Virus record (IMG/VR): IMGVR_UViG_3300025120_000074
Location: 1-53,030 of that record
Direction: 5' to 3' (one strand)
Source: a virus
Taxonomy: Duplodnaviria > Caudoviricetes
DNA: 53,030 bases
Both the position numbers and the translations under genes were made by a program. The notes beneath the pieces are model-generated. The model did no database searches, was not told the origin of the DNA, and worked only from the letters and a program-made list of their open reading frames with translations. Positions 1 to 10,756 of this stretch are shown here, piece by piece (within the stretch, counting starts at the first letter, position 1; each line of letters starts with the position of its first letter).

Positions 1-7
1 GTCACTA

Positions 8-35
8 GTTATACTCATAAAATGTTATTTGTCAA
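8..35 (-). promoter_or_regulatory. sigma70-type promoter, probably for the major capsid gene beyond the window edge
   Basis: Minus strand TTGACA-16 nt-TATAAC right after the scaffold stop; very similar to the promoter at 15848-15875. Confidence 0.7.
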
Positions 36-39
36 CACT

Positions 40-942
40 TTATCTTCTATTTCCTGATAAATCATAAATCATTTTACCAGAACGTATTGCTGTATTAATT
101 TTGTCTACGTTAGCAGCGTACTGTGTATCAGACATTCTTTCTATTTCAGACTCTTTTATTGTATCTGCCATCTCTTCAGCATCTACACTTGTCTTAGAAC
201 CCTTGTTTACTAACGACGCAGCATCTTTTGCTTTACTTTTCTTAGCACTTGGACTAAGCCCATTATCAATTTTATATAAATCCAAGACACGAATAACTGA
301 TGCAGCATCATCTGTATTTTCATACAAAGCGTTTTGAACCCATTTAGGTTGTACTTCAACCCAATTATGAAATTCATCTGAGTCACGGAGTTTATCAAAG
401 TCTTTATGCGATTCCCTAATGTCATTTTCTGCACGACTCCTTGTTGCTTCTGACTTAGCTTTACTTAATTCTTCTAACTGTATATTAGCCTTATCAAATA
501 ATTGTTGAGCTTTCTTTTCAGCTATAGTCTCAACTATTCCTGCTACATCAGGATATTCTTTTGCCCATGCAGCTATGTCTTCATCAGACTTAGGTGGTAC
601 AAGTTTTTTAGTAGACGTTACTTGACTTTCAAGTTCTTTTATTTTAGCATCAAACTCTTTTTCTTTTGCAGCAAGATGTCTTCTAACATCGCCATATCTC
701 GTTTTAAAAGATTTTTCTTCTTCAGTAAGAGCCTCTTCTGGTACTCTAGTTTCTTCTCTTGCTTCACTTGAAGAGGTTTCTTGAGCTTCTTCTGTTCCTT
801 CTTGGACTCTCTCTCCTTGCTCTTTAGCAATGAGTTCCTTAAGTTCCTGCTCTTCTCTTGCAATTTTTTCTTTGCTACTTGTCCTTGTTCTTGACATGTA
901 ACCTGCATCTTTAGTTTTTTCAATTTGTCCTAGTTCTGGCAT
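40..942 (-). CDS. capsid scaffolding protein
   Basis: Acidic, coiled-coil 300 aa with FKTRYGDVRRH and F..WV..QP.W motifs; lies between portal-region genes and the expected capsid gene. Confidence 0.75.
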   Translation of the reverse strand: MPELGQIEKTKDAGYMSRTRTSSKEKIAREEQELKELIAKEQGERVQEGTEEAQETSSSEAREETRVPEEALTEEEKSFKTRYGDVRRHLAAKEKEFDAKIKELESQVTSTKKLVPPKSDEDIAAWAKEYPDVAGIVETIAEKKAQQLFDKANIQLEELSKAKSEATRSRAENDIRESHKDFDKLRDSDEFHNWVEVQPKWVQNALYENTDDAASVIRVLDLYKIDNGLSPSAKKSKAKDAASLVNKGSKTSVDAEEMADTIKESEIERMSDTQYAANVDKINTAIRSGKMIYDLSGNRR

Positions 943-956
943 TTATTTTCCTTTGC

Positions 957-984
957 TTGGGGTCAACTACTGTTGAGTAGCCAA
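957..984 (-). promoter_or_regulatory. intergenic hairpin upstream of the scaffold RBS
   Basis: UUGG-CUAC-UCAAC-AGUA-GUUGA-CC-CCAA: two stems with an asymmetric internal loop and no U-tract. Confidence 0.45.
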
Positions 985-987
985 TTA

Positions 988-3135
988 TCATTTACTTGCT
1001 AAACCCTTACCTCTGGGTTTCTTTGGTTTACGTTTTGGTTTGGTTAATAATCCTCCTTTATTTAATACTCCAAAAGCATCTACTTTATCAGCACCTACAA
1101 ATTTTTCTTGTGCTTCTGAACCTGTTCCACTTGTTGCTTGATACTTATTGCCTTGCAACCCTATATTTTGTTTTGAAAGTGCTTTTAAATTATCTACAGT
1201 TTTTTGACTTTTATCTTCAGATTCTTTTGAACTACCAGAAGATACAAATTTTGGTAATGGAGATGAACTTGCTACTGCACCTGAAACTTCAGCAGCAGTG
1301 CTAGGATTTAATAAAGCTTTAAATACACTACCTATACCTTCAAACACATCTTTAATTATTGTAAGTGCTGATCCAAATAAACCAAAACCTAGTGTACTAG
1401 CAAGACCTTCTAATGCATCAGGATTATCTTTGTCATTAATAATTGCATTAATATCATCTGCAGAAACATCTTTTCCTGTAGCAGATTTTATTTCAGCAGG
1501 AATAAGTGCTACTCGTTTAGATAGAGGTAGATTATAATAGTCTGTAAAATTTAAATCTATTCCTTCTACTTTTTCTAAACGACCAAAAGAAGTTTTTAAA
1601 GCATTGTAGTTTTTATTTGTTATTAAAGCACCACCTAAATCTTCTCTTGCAATTTTTTCTGGTTCAGGTTTAGGGTCTCTATCTTTTTTAGTTTGTACTA
1701 CATTTTGTGCAGGTAGTTGTTCTATTGGAAGATAACCTTCATCAAGATACCTTTGAAAAGCAGGATTTACTACATCGTTTGTAAATGGTATTTGCATTGT
1801 TTTTCTTGTAACAGGGTCTGCAAATGTTTTGTAAGTTATTATAGCATTATTGTTTGGAAGATTTGATGCAGCAGTTTGTGCTGCTGTTGTTCCACTTACA
1901 TTACCATATCTAAAACCTTGAAGTGGATCAGTTATTAAAGCAGTAGCTGCTTTATTTTTTATACCTGTTTCAAGAGATTTAACATCTCCTGCAACATTGT
2001 AGCCACCTATGTAACCACCTTTTGCAGCACCTGTTATTTTTCTAATCATGTCTTCTTCTTCAGAGGATAACTCTTCTTCTCCTGAACTAGTAATCATTGC
2101 TACAGCTACAGGCTCACCACCTATACGTCCATTACGTTCCATATTAGCTAAACCTATCTTAGCATTAGTACGTAAATCTTCAAAAAACTTTACTCCATAA
2201 AACCTTACCACATCAGCAGGTACAACATACTCACCCTCACTAAGTTGTGCAGGTATGTCATCTCTAACCTCTTCTGCTAGAGAACCAGAAGGTACATCAT
2301 TACCACTTACAGGGTCTTTGGTTGTACCATCATCCTTAAGACCGCCTTCTTCCATAAAAGCCATATTCATTTGTTGTTTCATTGCTGTACCACCCTTATT
2401 AAATTCTTTACCTGTGTTTTTTGTAAACATATAACCCTGTTGACCTGCTAATCTATCACCCTCTAATATATTTTTATATATTTTTTCACCTTCTTTACCA
2501 CGTAATTTTATGTTTGATAAAATATCTATAGGTACATATTCATGTCCTAAATCTTTTAATGCAGCAATTCTATGAGCACCTTCATGTCCAATGTTAAGTA
2601 ATGCACTTCCTTTTTTAGGTACGTCTACATGTAAAAAAGGAGGAGCTAGTTTTTTCCCACTTTGTATTGCTGATTTTAAAGACTCTATACGGTCAATACC
2701 CATACTACTTGAGCCATCTCCTGCTGAAATTCTTCTTCTATTAGGAAATAATTTTTCAGCTTCTTCTATAGGAACAAGGACTGTTTTTACATAGCTATCC
2801 CTTCCTTCAATTCCCCTACCAAAATCCATAGGAGGAGTTTCTATTTGTGAACCTACTAAACCCATAGGATTATCTGTTTTATTTTTAGAAAATAACTTTA
2901 ATGTTTTTTGAATACCCTTACTTGCTATTTTACCAACAGGTGTTACTCCTGCTAGTGCTAAACCTGCATCTATAGCTGCTTGACTGTAGTTGCCTGTTAG
3001 TAATGACTTTCCAATATCTGCAATATCAATTAGAGTACCTGTTACAGGAGCATTACGCACTACATTTTTTATTCTTTTAAAAGTTTTTTCACTTTTAAAT
3101 GGGTTAGAACTAAATGCTTTTTCTGTTTCAGACAT
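988..3135 (-). CDS. modular virion/injected protein: pre-toxin-TG-like N-terminus, ParB/Srx-like domain, conserved DDIPAxLSEGEYV domain, basic tail
   Basis: EGAHRIAALKDLGHEYVPI (ParB-like GxHR), DDIPAQLSEGEYVVPADVV, several xKGG motifs. Confidence 0.6.
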   Translation of the reverse strand: MSETEKAFSSNPFKSEKTFKRIKNVVRNAPVTGTLIDIADIGKSLLTGNYSQAAIDAGLALAGVTPVGKIASKGIQKTLKLFSKNKTDNPMGLVGSQIETPPMDFGRGIEGRDSYVKTVLVPIEEAEKLFPNRRRISAGDGSSSMGIDRIESLKSAIQSGKKLAPPFLHVDVPKKGSALLNIGHEGAHRIAALKDLGHEYVPIDILSNIKLRGKEGEKIYKNILEGDRLAGQQGYMFTKNTGKEFNKGGTAMKQQMNMAFMEEGGLKDDGTTKDPVSGNDVPSGSLAEEVRDDIPAQLSEGEYVVPADVVRFYGVKFFEDLRTNAKIGLANMERNGRIGGEPVAVAMITSSGEEELSSEEEDMIRKITGAAKGGYIGGYNVAGDVKSLETGIKNKAATALITDPLQGFRYGNVSGTTAAQTAASNLPNNNAIITYKTFADPVTRKTMQIPFTNDVVNPAFQRYLDEGYLPIEQLPAQNVVQTKKDRDPKPEPEKIAREDLGGALITNKNYNALKTSFGRLEKVEGIDLNFTDYYNLPLSKRVALIPAEIKSATGKDVSADDINAIINDKDNPDALEGLASTLGFGLFGSALTIIKDVFEGIGSVFKALLNPSTAAEVSGAVASSSPLPKFVSSGSSKESEDKSQKTVDNLKALSKQNIGLQGNKYQATSGTGSEAQEKFVGADKVDAFGVLNKGGLLTKPKRKPKKPRGKGLASK

Positions 3136-3153
3136 TTATATTTACCTGTTGTT

Positions 3154-6100
3154 TCATGCTACAAAACCGCCCTGTGCCATACCTACTCTTGTTTCATTTA
3201 GTTCTACATCATTTAATATTTCACTAATGTCAATAATTTTTGCAGCTTCTTTTTTATCTCCAACATTATTTTTAAGAAATTTTTCAAAATTATTTACTAA
3301 GTTGTTTTCGTATTCACCACCTTGTCCATCTCTTAATAACTCATAAGCTTGTTGTACTTTTTGAAATTCTTTACGATCTACTTTAATAGGTTGATTTTCA
3401 TATTCTAAATCTCCATTATAAGCTTTTATTTTACCTCTTGATTTTTTTACAAGATTAGCTACTGCTTCATCAAAAAATTTACCGTATATATCTTTAAATA
3501 ATTGATCGGTAGGTGCAAGTTTCATATCAAAACTACCGTCCCCTGTTTCTAAAAATTCTTCAAAGGTTGTTAATCCAGTTGCTGAATTTTGAGTACGTAC
3601 TGTCACAATTGATTGTGGTATATATATATTTGGATCATAATACTTCTGTTTACCATCTGAATCAACTGCAAGTTCTCCAATTTTATCTGTATTAAAACCT
3701 ATTTTATTATCTATATACAGTTTTTCTAAATCACCTGTATTTGTTTTATCTCTTGAACGAGCCAACATTTCTGTATTAGGTAAAACTATTCGTTTTACAC
3801 CACGTTTTTTTGCATCTAAAATTAAAGCAGATAAACTATATTCTAAAATTTGTTGTATATTTTTAATAGGATAACTGGGATTACCTTCTATAAAATCTTC
3901 AGATTTTTTTCTTATTGCTTCATAAACTTTATTTATACCTAATTGTTTAACAAGTACTATTTCACCATCAACCATTTTTACTTGTACATTTTTATTTGTT
4001 CCAATATTTTTTATTATTTTTCCAAAGCCATCTTTTTTATTGTCTATACCATCTTGAAGTTCTGTAACAATATTTAAAAAACTATCTCCATTTTCTTTTT
4101 TCTTTTTAACAATATTTAATAAATTTTGTGGCAGAGAAAAAATTTTTCTGCCTTCTTCTAATATACTTTCTAAATCAGGGTTATCTAAATCATCCATAAA
4201 TTGTTTTTGAATTGCATCAAATTGTAATTCATCAATAACTGCTACATCACCATTAATAGTATAACGTGAATGAGCTAATTGATCTTCACCAAAACCATGT
4301 AAAAGTCTTGGGTCATAAAATTTTCTAGAATCATCAGGAATACCATATTTTTTTATATTGTTAATATCTCCTGCTGTTCTTTCTATTAATTGTCTTTCTA
4401 TTAAATAAGCTAAAAAACTTTTTGTTTCTTCTATTGTTTTTGGATAATTAAGTTGTTGATCTAAAAATAAATTTTGCATACTTGATTCTGCATTAAAGGT
4501 TGTATTAAAACTTTTTAATATTTCTTCTTTAGAAATATACTGATCAGAATAAGGCAATCTTACTTCTTTACTATCATCTCTATAAAAATTTTTCCAAAAA
4601 GTATCTCGCCATTGTGCATTAATTTTATTTTTTGCTCCTGTTACTCTAGTAGTAGTTTCGTTTTCTGTTCCCTCATTAAATATTTTTTTAAAACTTCTAA
4701 AATCTATTTCTTTAGATAATGATCCATCTAAAGTTTTAAATGGTCCTATATCCATTATAAGTGACCTAAGTAAATTATCGTGTACTAATCCACTAAAAGG
4801 AGGAGGTTTTCCATAATCTCCTTGTTCAAAATAATCTGGATTAGTTCTATAAGTATAAGTTTGCCCTGAGTTTTTTAAAATAAATTCATCTGATGGTTTA
4901 TTTGTAGTCTTAAAAAGAAAAGAATATTCAGGTTTTAAATTAAGTTTTTTTACATTAATTAGATAGTTTTTAATTTTACGAGGGGAATAAAAACTAATAG
5001 GATTATTATCTGAATCTATTATATCTATTTGTCTAGATAATTCAACTCTATCTTCTATATCTTCTATTGTACTTGGCTGTCTTACAACAATTTCTACGTA
5101 GCCATTAATTTTTGGAGATTTGAGATTCGTATTTGAATTAGTTTTTAAACCAAGCTCAACCTGTCTTTGTACACTAGCAAATTGAGGTCTTGCCCGATTA
5201 GTTTTATAACGATTAAAAGGAAAAATAGGGTAAGTTCCTTCTTGCATTGCAACTTCTGCAGAATCAATATCAAGAGATTCAGCTTCTTTTTTTTGTTGTA
5301 CTATAGCAGAAGTTTTACCAAAACCAGATTTTGAATCTGAATAAACATCTACCTCAAAATTAATACCTAAAGAATTAGGTTCTGATCTTTGAAGTTTTTT
5401 ATTTATAAAATTAAAATACTCTTGATTTAAATAGTTTAAATAAACTTCTTTATTAGGTATAATTAAAGGTCTAGTGTTTTGTCCAGTTTCATCAAATAGT
5501 TCAATTCTGTATCCACCAAGTTCTTCATCAAACTGAGCATCTTGTATTTGTTTATTAAACTGTAAAATATAACTTTCTACAGTTTTAGGTTCTAAAGGAT
5601 CTATATATGATGCTATTATTCTTTCTTCATCTATAGGAATAATACCATTATCTTCAAAAAATTTAGCACTTAATCCATCTTCACTAAAAATGTAATCTGC
5701 ATCAACACTTTTTAAAATTGCTTTATTATCTTCAGGTATATTTTTTATATAGTTATATAGAGTCGAGGGTAGTATAAGTTCAGATGTAAAATCAGTTGTA
5801 GGAAAATTACGCAGTGCTTCTACAGTAGGACTAAATGTTGTTATACCACTTCGTGTACCTAAATCATATATATCAAGATTTATTGGGTTTGTATTTATAT
5901 CTAATATTTTTTTATCATCAAAATTTACGTAAGGTAAAACTGGACCACCATCTAATTTAATTGGTTTTCCAAAAACAGGTACTGTTGTTTCTGCAATGGT
6001 ATTATATTCATCTATTTTTTGTACTGTTAATGCAGGGGTTGTTGTTACAAGATTATCATAAACATTTTTAAAAATTTCTTTATTATATTTTTCTTCTGTT

Positions 6101-6627
6101 TGTGGAATTACTTTTAATGATTTTGTAGTTAAACTTGCTAAAGGTACTACCTCAGATGCAATTAATAAATCTCCAAGAACACCTTCTTTTGCTTGATTTA
6201 ATTGTTCCCATGTTGCTTCTTCTTTATTTACATCAAATTTTTCAAAGAGTCTTTCATCTAAACTTTTTGTAAATATATCTCTAGCACTCTTATATATTTC
6301 TGTACCATAGTTTATTGTGCCTTGTACTGGACCTGTTCCACCAAATATTTCAGGTGTAAGAAAATCTTTACCGCCTTCATAAACACTTGAAATTACTTGT
6401 TGTCCAAATTCAACTGGGTCTTCTTTAATTATTTTAATAAGGTTTTCACCTGCTGAAGTAAAGTTATTATCTAATCCAAGTAAATTATCAACAGCTAACT
6501 CACCGTAGCTAAGTGGTTCTTTAACATAAGTATCACCAGTTGCTATAGCTTTTTGAATGGCTGCTTCTGTATCACTATCTTGACTAAAAATTACACCACT
6601 GTTATTTGATAATTTACTCAGTGCCAT
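3154..6627 (-). CDS. large polyvalent-type protein, probably virion-packaged
   Basis: 1157 aa, AT-rich; AHSRY...IDELQFD and LILDAKKRGVKRIVL motifs; ends MAQGGFVA. Confidence 0.5.
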   Translation of the reverse strand: MALSKLSNNSGVIFSQDSDTEAAIQKAIATGDTYVKEPLSYGELAVDNLLGLDNNFTSAGENLIKIIKEDPVEFGQQVISSVYEGGKDFLTPEIFGGTGPVQGTINYGTEIYKSARDIFTKSLDERLFEKFDVNKEEATWEQLNQAKEGVLGDLLIASEVVPLASLTTKSLKVIPQTEEKYNKEIFKNVYDNLVTTTPALTVQKIDEYNTIAETTVPVFGKPIKLDGGPVLPYVNFDDKKILDINTNPINLDIYDLGTRSGITTFSPTVEALRNFPTTDFTSELILPSTLYNYIKNIPEDNKAILKSVDADYIFSEDGLSAKFFEDNGIIPIDEERIIASYIDPLEPKTVESYILQFNKQIQDAQFDEELGGYRIELFDETGQNTRPLIIPNKEVYLNYLNQEYFNFINKKLQRSEPNSLGINFEVDVYSDSKSGFGKTSAIVQQKKEAESLDIDSAEVAMQEGTYPIFPFNRYKTNRARPQFASVQRQVELGLKTNSNTNLKSPKINGYVEIVVRQPSTIEDIEDRVELSRQIDIIDSDNNPISFYSPRKIKNYLINVKKLNLKPEYSFLFKTTNKPSDEFILKNSGQTYTYRTNPDYFEQGDYGKPPPFSGLVHDNLLRSLIMDIGPFKTLDGSLSKEIDFRSFKKIFNEGTENETTTRVTGAKNKINAQWRDTFWKNFYRDDSKEVRLPYSDQYISKEEILKSFNTTFNAESSMQNLFLDQQLNYPKTIEETKSFLAYLIERQLIERTAGDINNIKKYGIPDDSRKFYDPRLLHGFGEDQLAHSRYTINGDVAVIDELQFDAIQKQFMDDLDNPDLESILEEGRKIFSLPQNLLNIVKKKKENGDSFLNIVTELQDGIDNKKDGFGKIIKNIGTNKNVQVKMVDGEIVLVKQLGINKVYEAIRKKSEDFIEGNPSYPIKNIQQILEYSLSALILDAKKRGVKRIVLPNTEMLARSRDKTNTGDLEKLYIDNKIGFNTDKIGELAVDSDGKQKYYDPNIYIPQSIVTVRTQNSATGLTTFEEFLETGDGSFDMKLAPTDQLFKDIYGKFFDEAVANLVKKSRGKIKAYNGDLEYENQPIKVDRKEFQKVQQAYELLRDGQGGEYENNLVNNFEKFLKNNVGDKKEAAKIIDISEILNDVELNETRVGMAQGGFVA

Positions 6628-6808
6628 TCATTTCATCCCTAAGATATTTAAGTCTGCGTAGTGCAGAGATTGAACCCTGTGCTTTATAGAGAGTATGTAT
6701 ATCGTCTGCTTGTTCCATTGCACTGTGATGTATTGCAATAGTATGATTTAAGTATTGTACAAAGTTATCCCACAGTTCTTTATTGTTGACTAACTGTTTT
6801 AAGTTCAT
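6614..6808 (-). CDS. small helical protein downstream of portal
   Basis: 64 aa with YKAQG...LRRL motif; overlaps both neighbours. Confidence 0.65.
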   Translation of the reverse strand: MNLKQLVNNKELWDNFVQYLNHTIAIHHSAMEQADDIHTLYKAQGSISALRRLKYLRDEMNGTE

Positions 6809-8916
6809 TGCACAGAACCACTGTTAGCAGAAAACCCTTGCTCATCAGGAGTAGGCACTGAACCTGTTCCTATGTTTCCACCACCTGATCCCTGAGTGTC
6901 TTGTACTTGTCCACCTACAGGAGCTTGTCCTTGTGGTGGTGGTTGACCCTGTGGTTGTTGAGGTGGAGGTGGTGGTGGATTTTGTTCTTGAAATTTCTTA
7001 AGTATCTCAGCCTGTACTGCAGCCTGACTCATTGAGTTAGCTACCTTATCAGGGTCTAAGTCCATGCTCTTAGCAATCTCTCTAACTAAGTAGTCCATTC
7101 GTGCAAAGGGAGCTAGTGCAGGATTAGATACAGTTTGCATAAATTGCATGAGTCTTTGACTACGTACTTCGTTAGCCATTAAACTTTCTGTACCCTGTGC
7201 CTTAACTTCAAGATCACCTTTTATCTCAGGGTCAAAGTCAAACTGCATGTTAAAACTAAAGAAGGCTTTACCCAGTGGTCCTAGTAAGTAGTCATCTACA
7301 TTCTTAATAACACTCCGTATAGAACCATTAGCAGCATTCATAAGCATAGAGATACCAGAGGCTGTTCTACCTACTCCTGTTACACCTGTTTGTCCATGTG
7401 CAAATGATGCAAGTCCTGTACTCTCATCTGACAGTTGTCTAGCCTTATCAAACATCTGCATATTTTCATTAGAAACATTAGGAAACTTAGTTCCAAAAAT
7501 ACCTTGTCCAGGTGCTCCTCCCTGTCTTCTAAATACTTTTCCAGGGTATACACTTAAGTCTTGTCCAGGTACTAAGTTAGTTTCATCTACTTCTATTAAT
7601 AGATTACCTGACAGTGCAGCATTGTCTACAGACATACGCATAAACCCATTCATTAATGTCTGAGTATCATCCATGTTTTCTGCAATACCCACACCAAATA
7701 TACTGTATGGGTTCATTTCATAGGGTGTAGCATAGTAAGGTAAATAGGCAGGAGTAAATGGATTCATAACTAAACGTAGTACATTGTTGTTACATACCCA
7801 CACGTTAACACTAACTTGCTCTACATCTTTTAACTCATCAGGGATATCTACATCATGCTGTTCAATAACTTCTTTGTCAACAAATCCCCAGAACTCTAGG
7901 ATTTCAAAACGCTCTGCTCTGTCTTCTTCAGCGTTGTCTTCCATGACATGTTCCCACCACTCCTTATTGTACATCTCTCCTTCTGCAAGAGATTTATCAA
8001 TAGCATTGGCACGAAAGAATGGTCTACGTTTAAGAGCACGTAATTGAGAACGTGACATCTTATGTCTTTCTATAACATACTCTGCTTCATCCATATTATT
8101 TGCGTCAGGATCAGGATAAAAATTCCATACAGATACATTAGAAGTTTGTGGTACTGTTTTAAAAATAGGAGTGTACACACCCTCATCATCCCAATTAGGA
8201 TACTCTTTGTCTACAGCAAATGGTCCTTTCATAATGCCAGTACCAAAGAGTGCAGCTTCAAATGCAGCAGAACGTAACTGCTTCTTAGCATTTGACTCTT
8301 CTAGTTGGTCATGTATCTTCTTCTCCATCTTCTTAGCTGCAACCATAGCAGGATGAAAGTTTACAGAGGTAGGACTACCAGTAGATTTAAACTCAATATC
8401 ATCCTCAACTGCACTCAGATCGTCTGTAAGTGGTCCTACACGCTCGTTAAACTCTGGCATAGTCTCACCTGCCAGAAGTTGTGGAGCGTCTGTAGCACCT
8501 GTTTCTGTTTCTCCTGTGGCTTCTTTAAGTTGAGCATTAGTTTCTAGACTAACTGTATCTTCTACTCCATCAGGTAAAACTGTAGGGTTAATACTAAGAG
8601 GAAACTTATTACTACCAAATAAAACTTCTACAAGTTGTCCGTAGGCTGCAAGTACTTTTGTTTTTGTAACTTTAACAAATACTCTTGATTTTTCTGTAGA
8701 TGTAAATTGAACCTCTGGGCTATATAAACCACGGTAGTTACGATAGCCTTGTATCCACCTTTCCTCATCACCTCTCCTAGCTGTTTCAGCCTTACGATAT
8801 TTACCCTTAACAAACTTTACAATATCTCCTACGTTTTCATCTGAATAAGAATCTTCTTCCATATCTTCAATAGCAACTACTTGTTCAGAGTCTGCAGTTA
8901 TATTATCTTCTTCCAT
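6805..8916 (-). CDS. portal protein
   Basis: 703 aa; FGTGIMKGP, WNFYPDP, Pro/Gln-rich C-tail; follows the terminase. Confidence 0.9.
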   Translation of the reverse strand: MEEDNITADSEQVVAIEDMEEDSYSDENVGDIVKFVKGKYRKAETARRGDEERWIQGYRNYRGLYSPEVQFTSTEKSRVFVKVTKTKVLAAYGQLVEVLFGSNKFPLSINPTVLPDGVEDTVSLETNAQLKEATGETETGATDAPQLLAGETMPEFNERVGPLTDDLSAVEDDIEFKSTGSPTSVNFHPAMVAAKKMEKKIHDQLEESNAKKQLRSAAFEAALFGTGIMKGPFAVDKEYPNWDDEGVYTPIFKTVPQTSNVSVWNFYPDPDANNMDEAEYVIERHKMSRSQLRALKRRPFFRANAIDKSLAEGEMYNKEWWEHVMEDNAEEDRAERFEILEFWGFVDKEVIEQHDVDIPDELKDVEQVSVNVWVCNNNVLRLVMNPFTPAYLPYYATPYEMNPYSIFGVGIAENMDDTQTLMNGFMRMSVDNAALSGNLLIEVDETNLVPGQDLSVYPGKVFRRQGGAPGQGIFGTKFPNVSNENMQMFDKARQLSDESTGLASFAHGQTGVTGVGRTASGISMLMNAANGSIRSVIKNVDDYLLGPLGKAFFSFNMQFDFDPEIKGDLEVKAQGTESLMANEVRSQRLMQFMQTVSNPALAPFARMDYLVREIAKSMDLDPDKVANSMSQAAVQAEILKKFQEQNPPPPPPQQPQGQPPPQGQAPVGGQVQDTQGSGGGNIGTGSVPTPDEQGFSANSGSVQ

Positions 8917-8925
8917 ATTATATCC

Positions 8926-10479
8926 TTAATATCCAAATGTTGCATCAGCAGCTTGAAAACCAGTGCGTTGACTTGCAGGGTCAAAATCAAATAAACTGCT
9001 TCTTGGTCTTGTCATTATTCCATATCTTAAAGCATCGTATAGGTGATCTTCAGAATGAGTGTCAACATCTTCAGAGTTATTCTTATCTAGTGGTATAGAC
9101 GGTAGTTGAGAAGTTGTTTGGACACACGAATTAAAAAATACTATTCTTGGTTCTTCTGTAAACTCATCAACTTGTAATCGTCTGTGTACTTCGTTTTTAC
9201 CTGCTATTCTTGACCCTCTACTCCTATCTGCAGGTCTCCAACGACAACCCTTTAATATCATTTGTTCTGCTAGTGATGGTCCTGTATCTCCACGTTTATG
9301 CCAGAGTGACGAATCAAGAACACCATATCTAATTTTTTCTCCATCCTCTGCTTCTAGTATTATATCTGCTAAGTCTGCAGCAGTAACCTTAGACACGTAC
9401 AACTCCCTGTAGACAACTAGTTGTTCTGATGGGCTGACGGCAAACCATAAGACTCCTGTGTGGCTTCCGTATCCGTAGTCACAGGCACGAAACCTAGACC
9501 AACTATGGGGTATATCATAAGGTTCAATAACATGGATATTCCTGTTCCATTCTGGAAAAGCAGCCCCCTCATTAACATCCCAGTTTCCTTCTAATAATTG
9601 TTTCCGTTGGTGTTCAGGTAGTGATAATAAGTTGGCTTCATACATCCCATCGTCAGCTAAGTAAGGATTGTCAAACAATGTAGCAGGTATAAACCTACGT
9701 TTAAATAATGGCTCTCCTTCACGACTGTGACCTTTAGGCATCTTTAAGGTTTCACCTGTTGCAATGTCTGTAGCCCAGAATGATTCCCCATGTGGGGCAG
9801 GTTCTATAAACATTTTCTTAACCCAACTGTGTCCATTTCCACCTGGGTTTGAAGTAGCTCTCTGATATAAGTCTAAGCCACTTCCTTTTGTAGTACGCAG
9901 TCTTGACCTCATATAGTCAAATGGGTATGGACTTGCCCACTGCGTTAACTCGTCAAATCCTATCCAACTAAAAGCCTGTCCTTGGTATCGTGTAACATCA
10001 TCATCTCTATCTAAGTAGGACAACCAGAGTGTTGCTCCTGATGGTGCTACCCAAGTCTTGTCTCTTTCCATAAACTTTATATTTGGTATTGCCTGTGGGT
10101 AGAGTTGTTTGGATACTGATATAAGTTCTCTTAGTTCTTCTGTTGTCTTTCTTACAAGTAGCCCACGGAAATGTGGGTTGTTGAGGTATCTAACAGGGTC
10201 TGCTAACATTGCATAACTCTTACCACCACCTGCACTGCCACCATATAATACTTCTCGTTCACTGGCTGAAAGAAACTCTGTCTGTGGTCCTTTGTTTGGT
10301 TGAAAGATTACTCCCTGTGCTTTTTCTACTTCTATTGGTTCTGGTTTAACTTGGGGATAAACTTTCTGTTCTTCCACCAATTCTTTTTTCTTCAAGCTTT
10401 TCCGCTTTCTCAAGGGCTTCTTTGTACCTTTGAGCAAGGTAGCGTTGCGTTGAAGCATCTGTTTTACGTTTTTGCTCAA
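8926..10479 (-). CDS. terL: terminase large subunit (true start may be nearer 10380)
   Basis: Walker A YGGSAGGGKS, Walker B IGFDE, ATSNPGG coupling motif, RNase H-like DYGY...DH.YDALRY. Confidence 0.95.
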   Translation of the reverse strand: MSKNVKQMLQRNATLLKGTKKPLRKRKSLKKKELVEEQKVYPQVKPEPIEVEKAQGVIFQPNKGPQTEFLSASEREVLYGGSAGGGKSYAMLADPVRYLNNPHFRGLLVRKTTEELRELISVSKQLYPQAIPNIKFMERDKTWVAPSGATLWLSYLDRDDDVTRYQGQAFSWIGFDELTQWASPYPFDYMRSRLRTTKGSGLDLYQRATSNPGGNGHSWVKKMFIEPAPHGESFWATDIATGETLKMPKGHSREGEPLFKRRFIPATLFDNPYLADDGMYEANLLSLPEHQRKQLLEGNWDVNEGAAFPEWNRNIHVIEPYDIPHSWSRFRACDYGYGSHTGVLWFAVSPSEQLVVYRELYVSKVTAADLADIILEAEDGEKIRYGVLDSSLWHKRGDTGPSLAEQMILKGCRWRPADRSRGSRIAGKNEVHRRLQVDEFTEEPRIVFFNSCVQTTSQLPSIPLDKNNSEDVDTHSEDHLYDALRYGIMTRPRSSLFDFDPASQRTGFQAADATFGY

Positions 10480-10756
10480 GCTTTACTCTTTTCATTAGAC
10501 CAACGTGAGATATGTATCTCCCTGATTCTGTGCTCAACCAATTTGCTACATCCCTGTAACTGTACTGTTTAAGAAACTTCTTTGCCTTTTGTAGTAACTC
10601 TAACTCATTTTCAATAGGTAAGAGCATATCTCTATCTTCCTCATCCTGTGTATATCCAAAGGGTATAATCCTACCTACCCTTATTACAGGTTGCCAATCA
10701 AAACCTAACTCAGTTTTGTCAGGCACTGGAAGTTTCCAATCCTTACTCGTCTTCAT
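10346..10756 (-). CDS. putative HTH DNA-binding protein of the packaging module
   Basis: IPFGY motif then YSYRDVANWLS...ISHVGL HTH-like segment. Confidence 0.55.
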   Translation of the reverse strand: MKTSKDWKLPVPDKTELGFDWQPVIRVGRIIPFGYTQDEEDRDMLLPIENELELLQKAKKFLKQYSYRDVANWLSTESGRYISHVGLMKRVKLEQKRKTDASTQRYLAQRYKEALEKAEKLEEKRIGGRTESLSPS

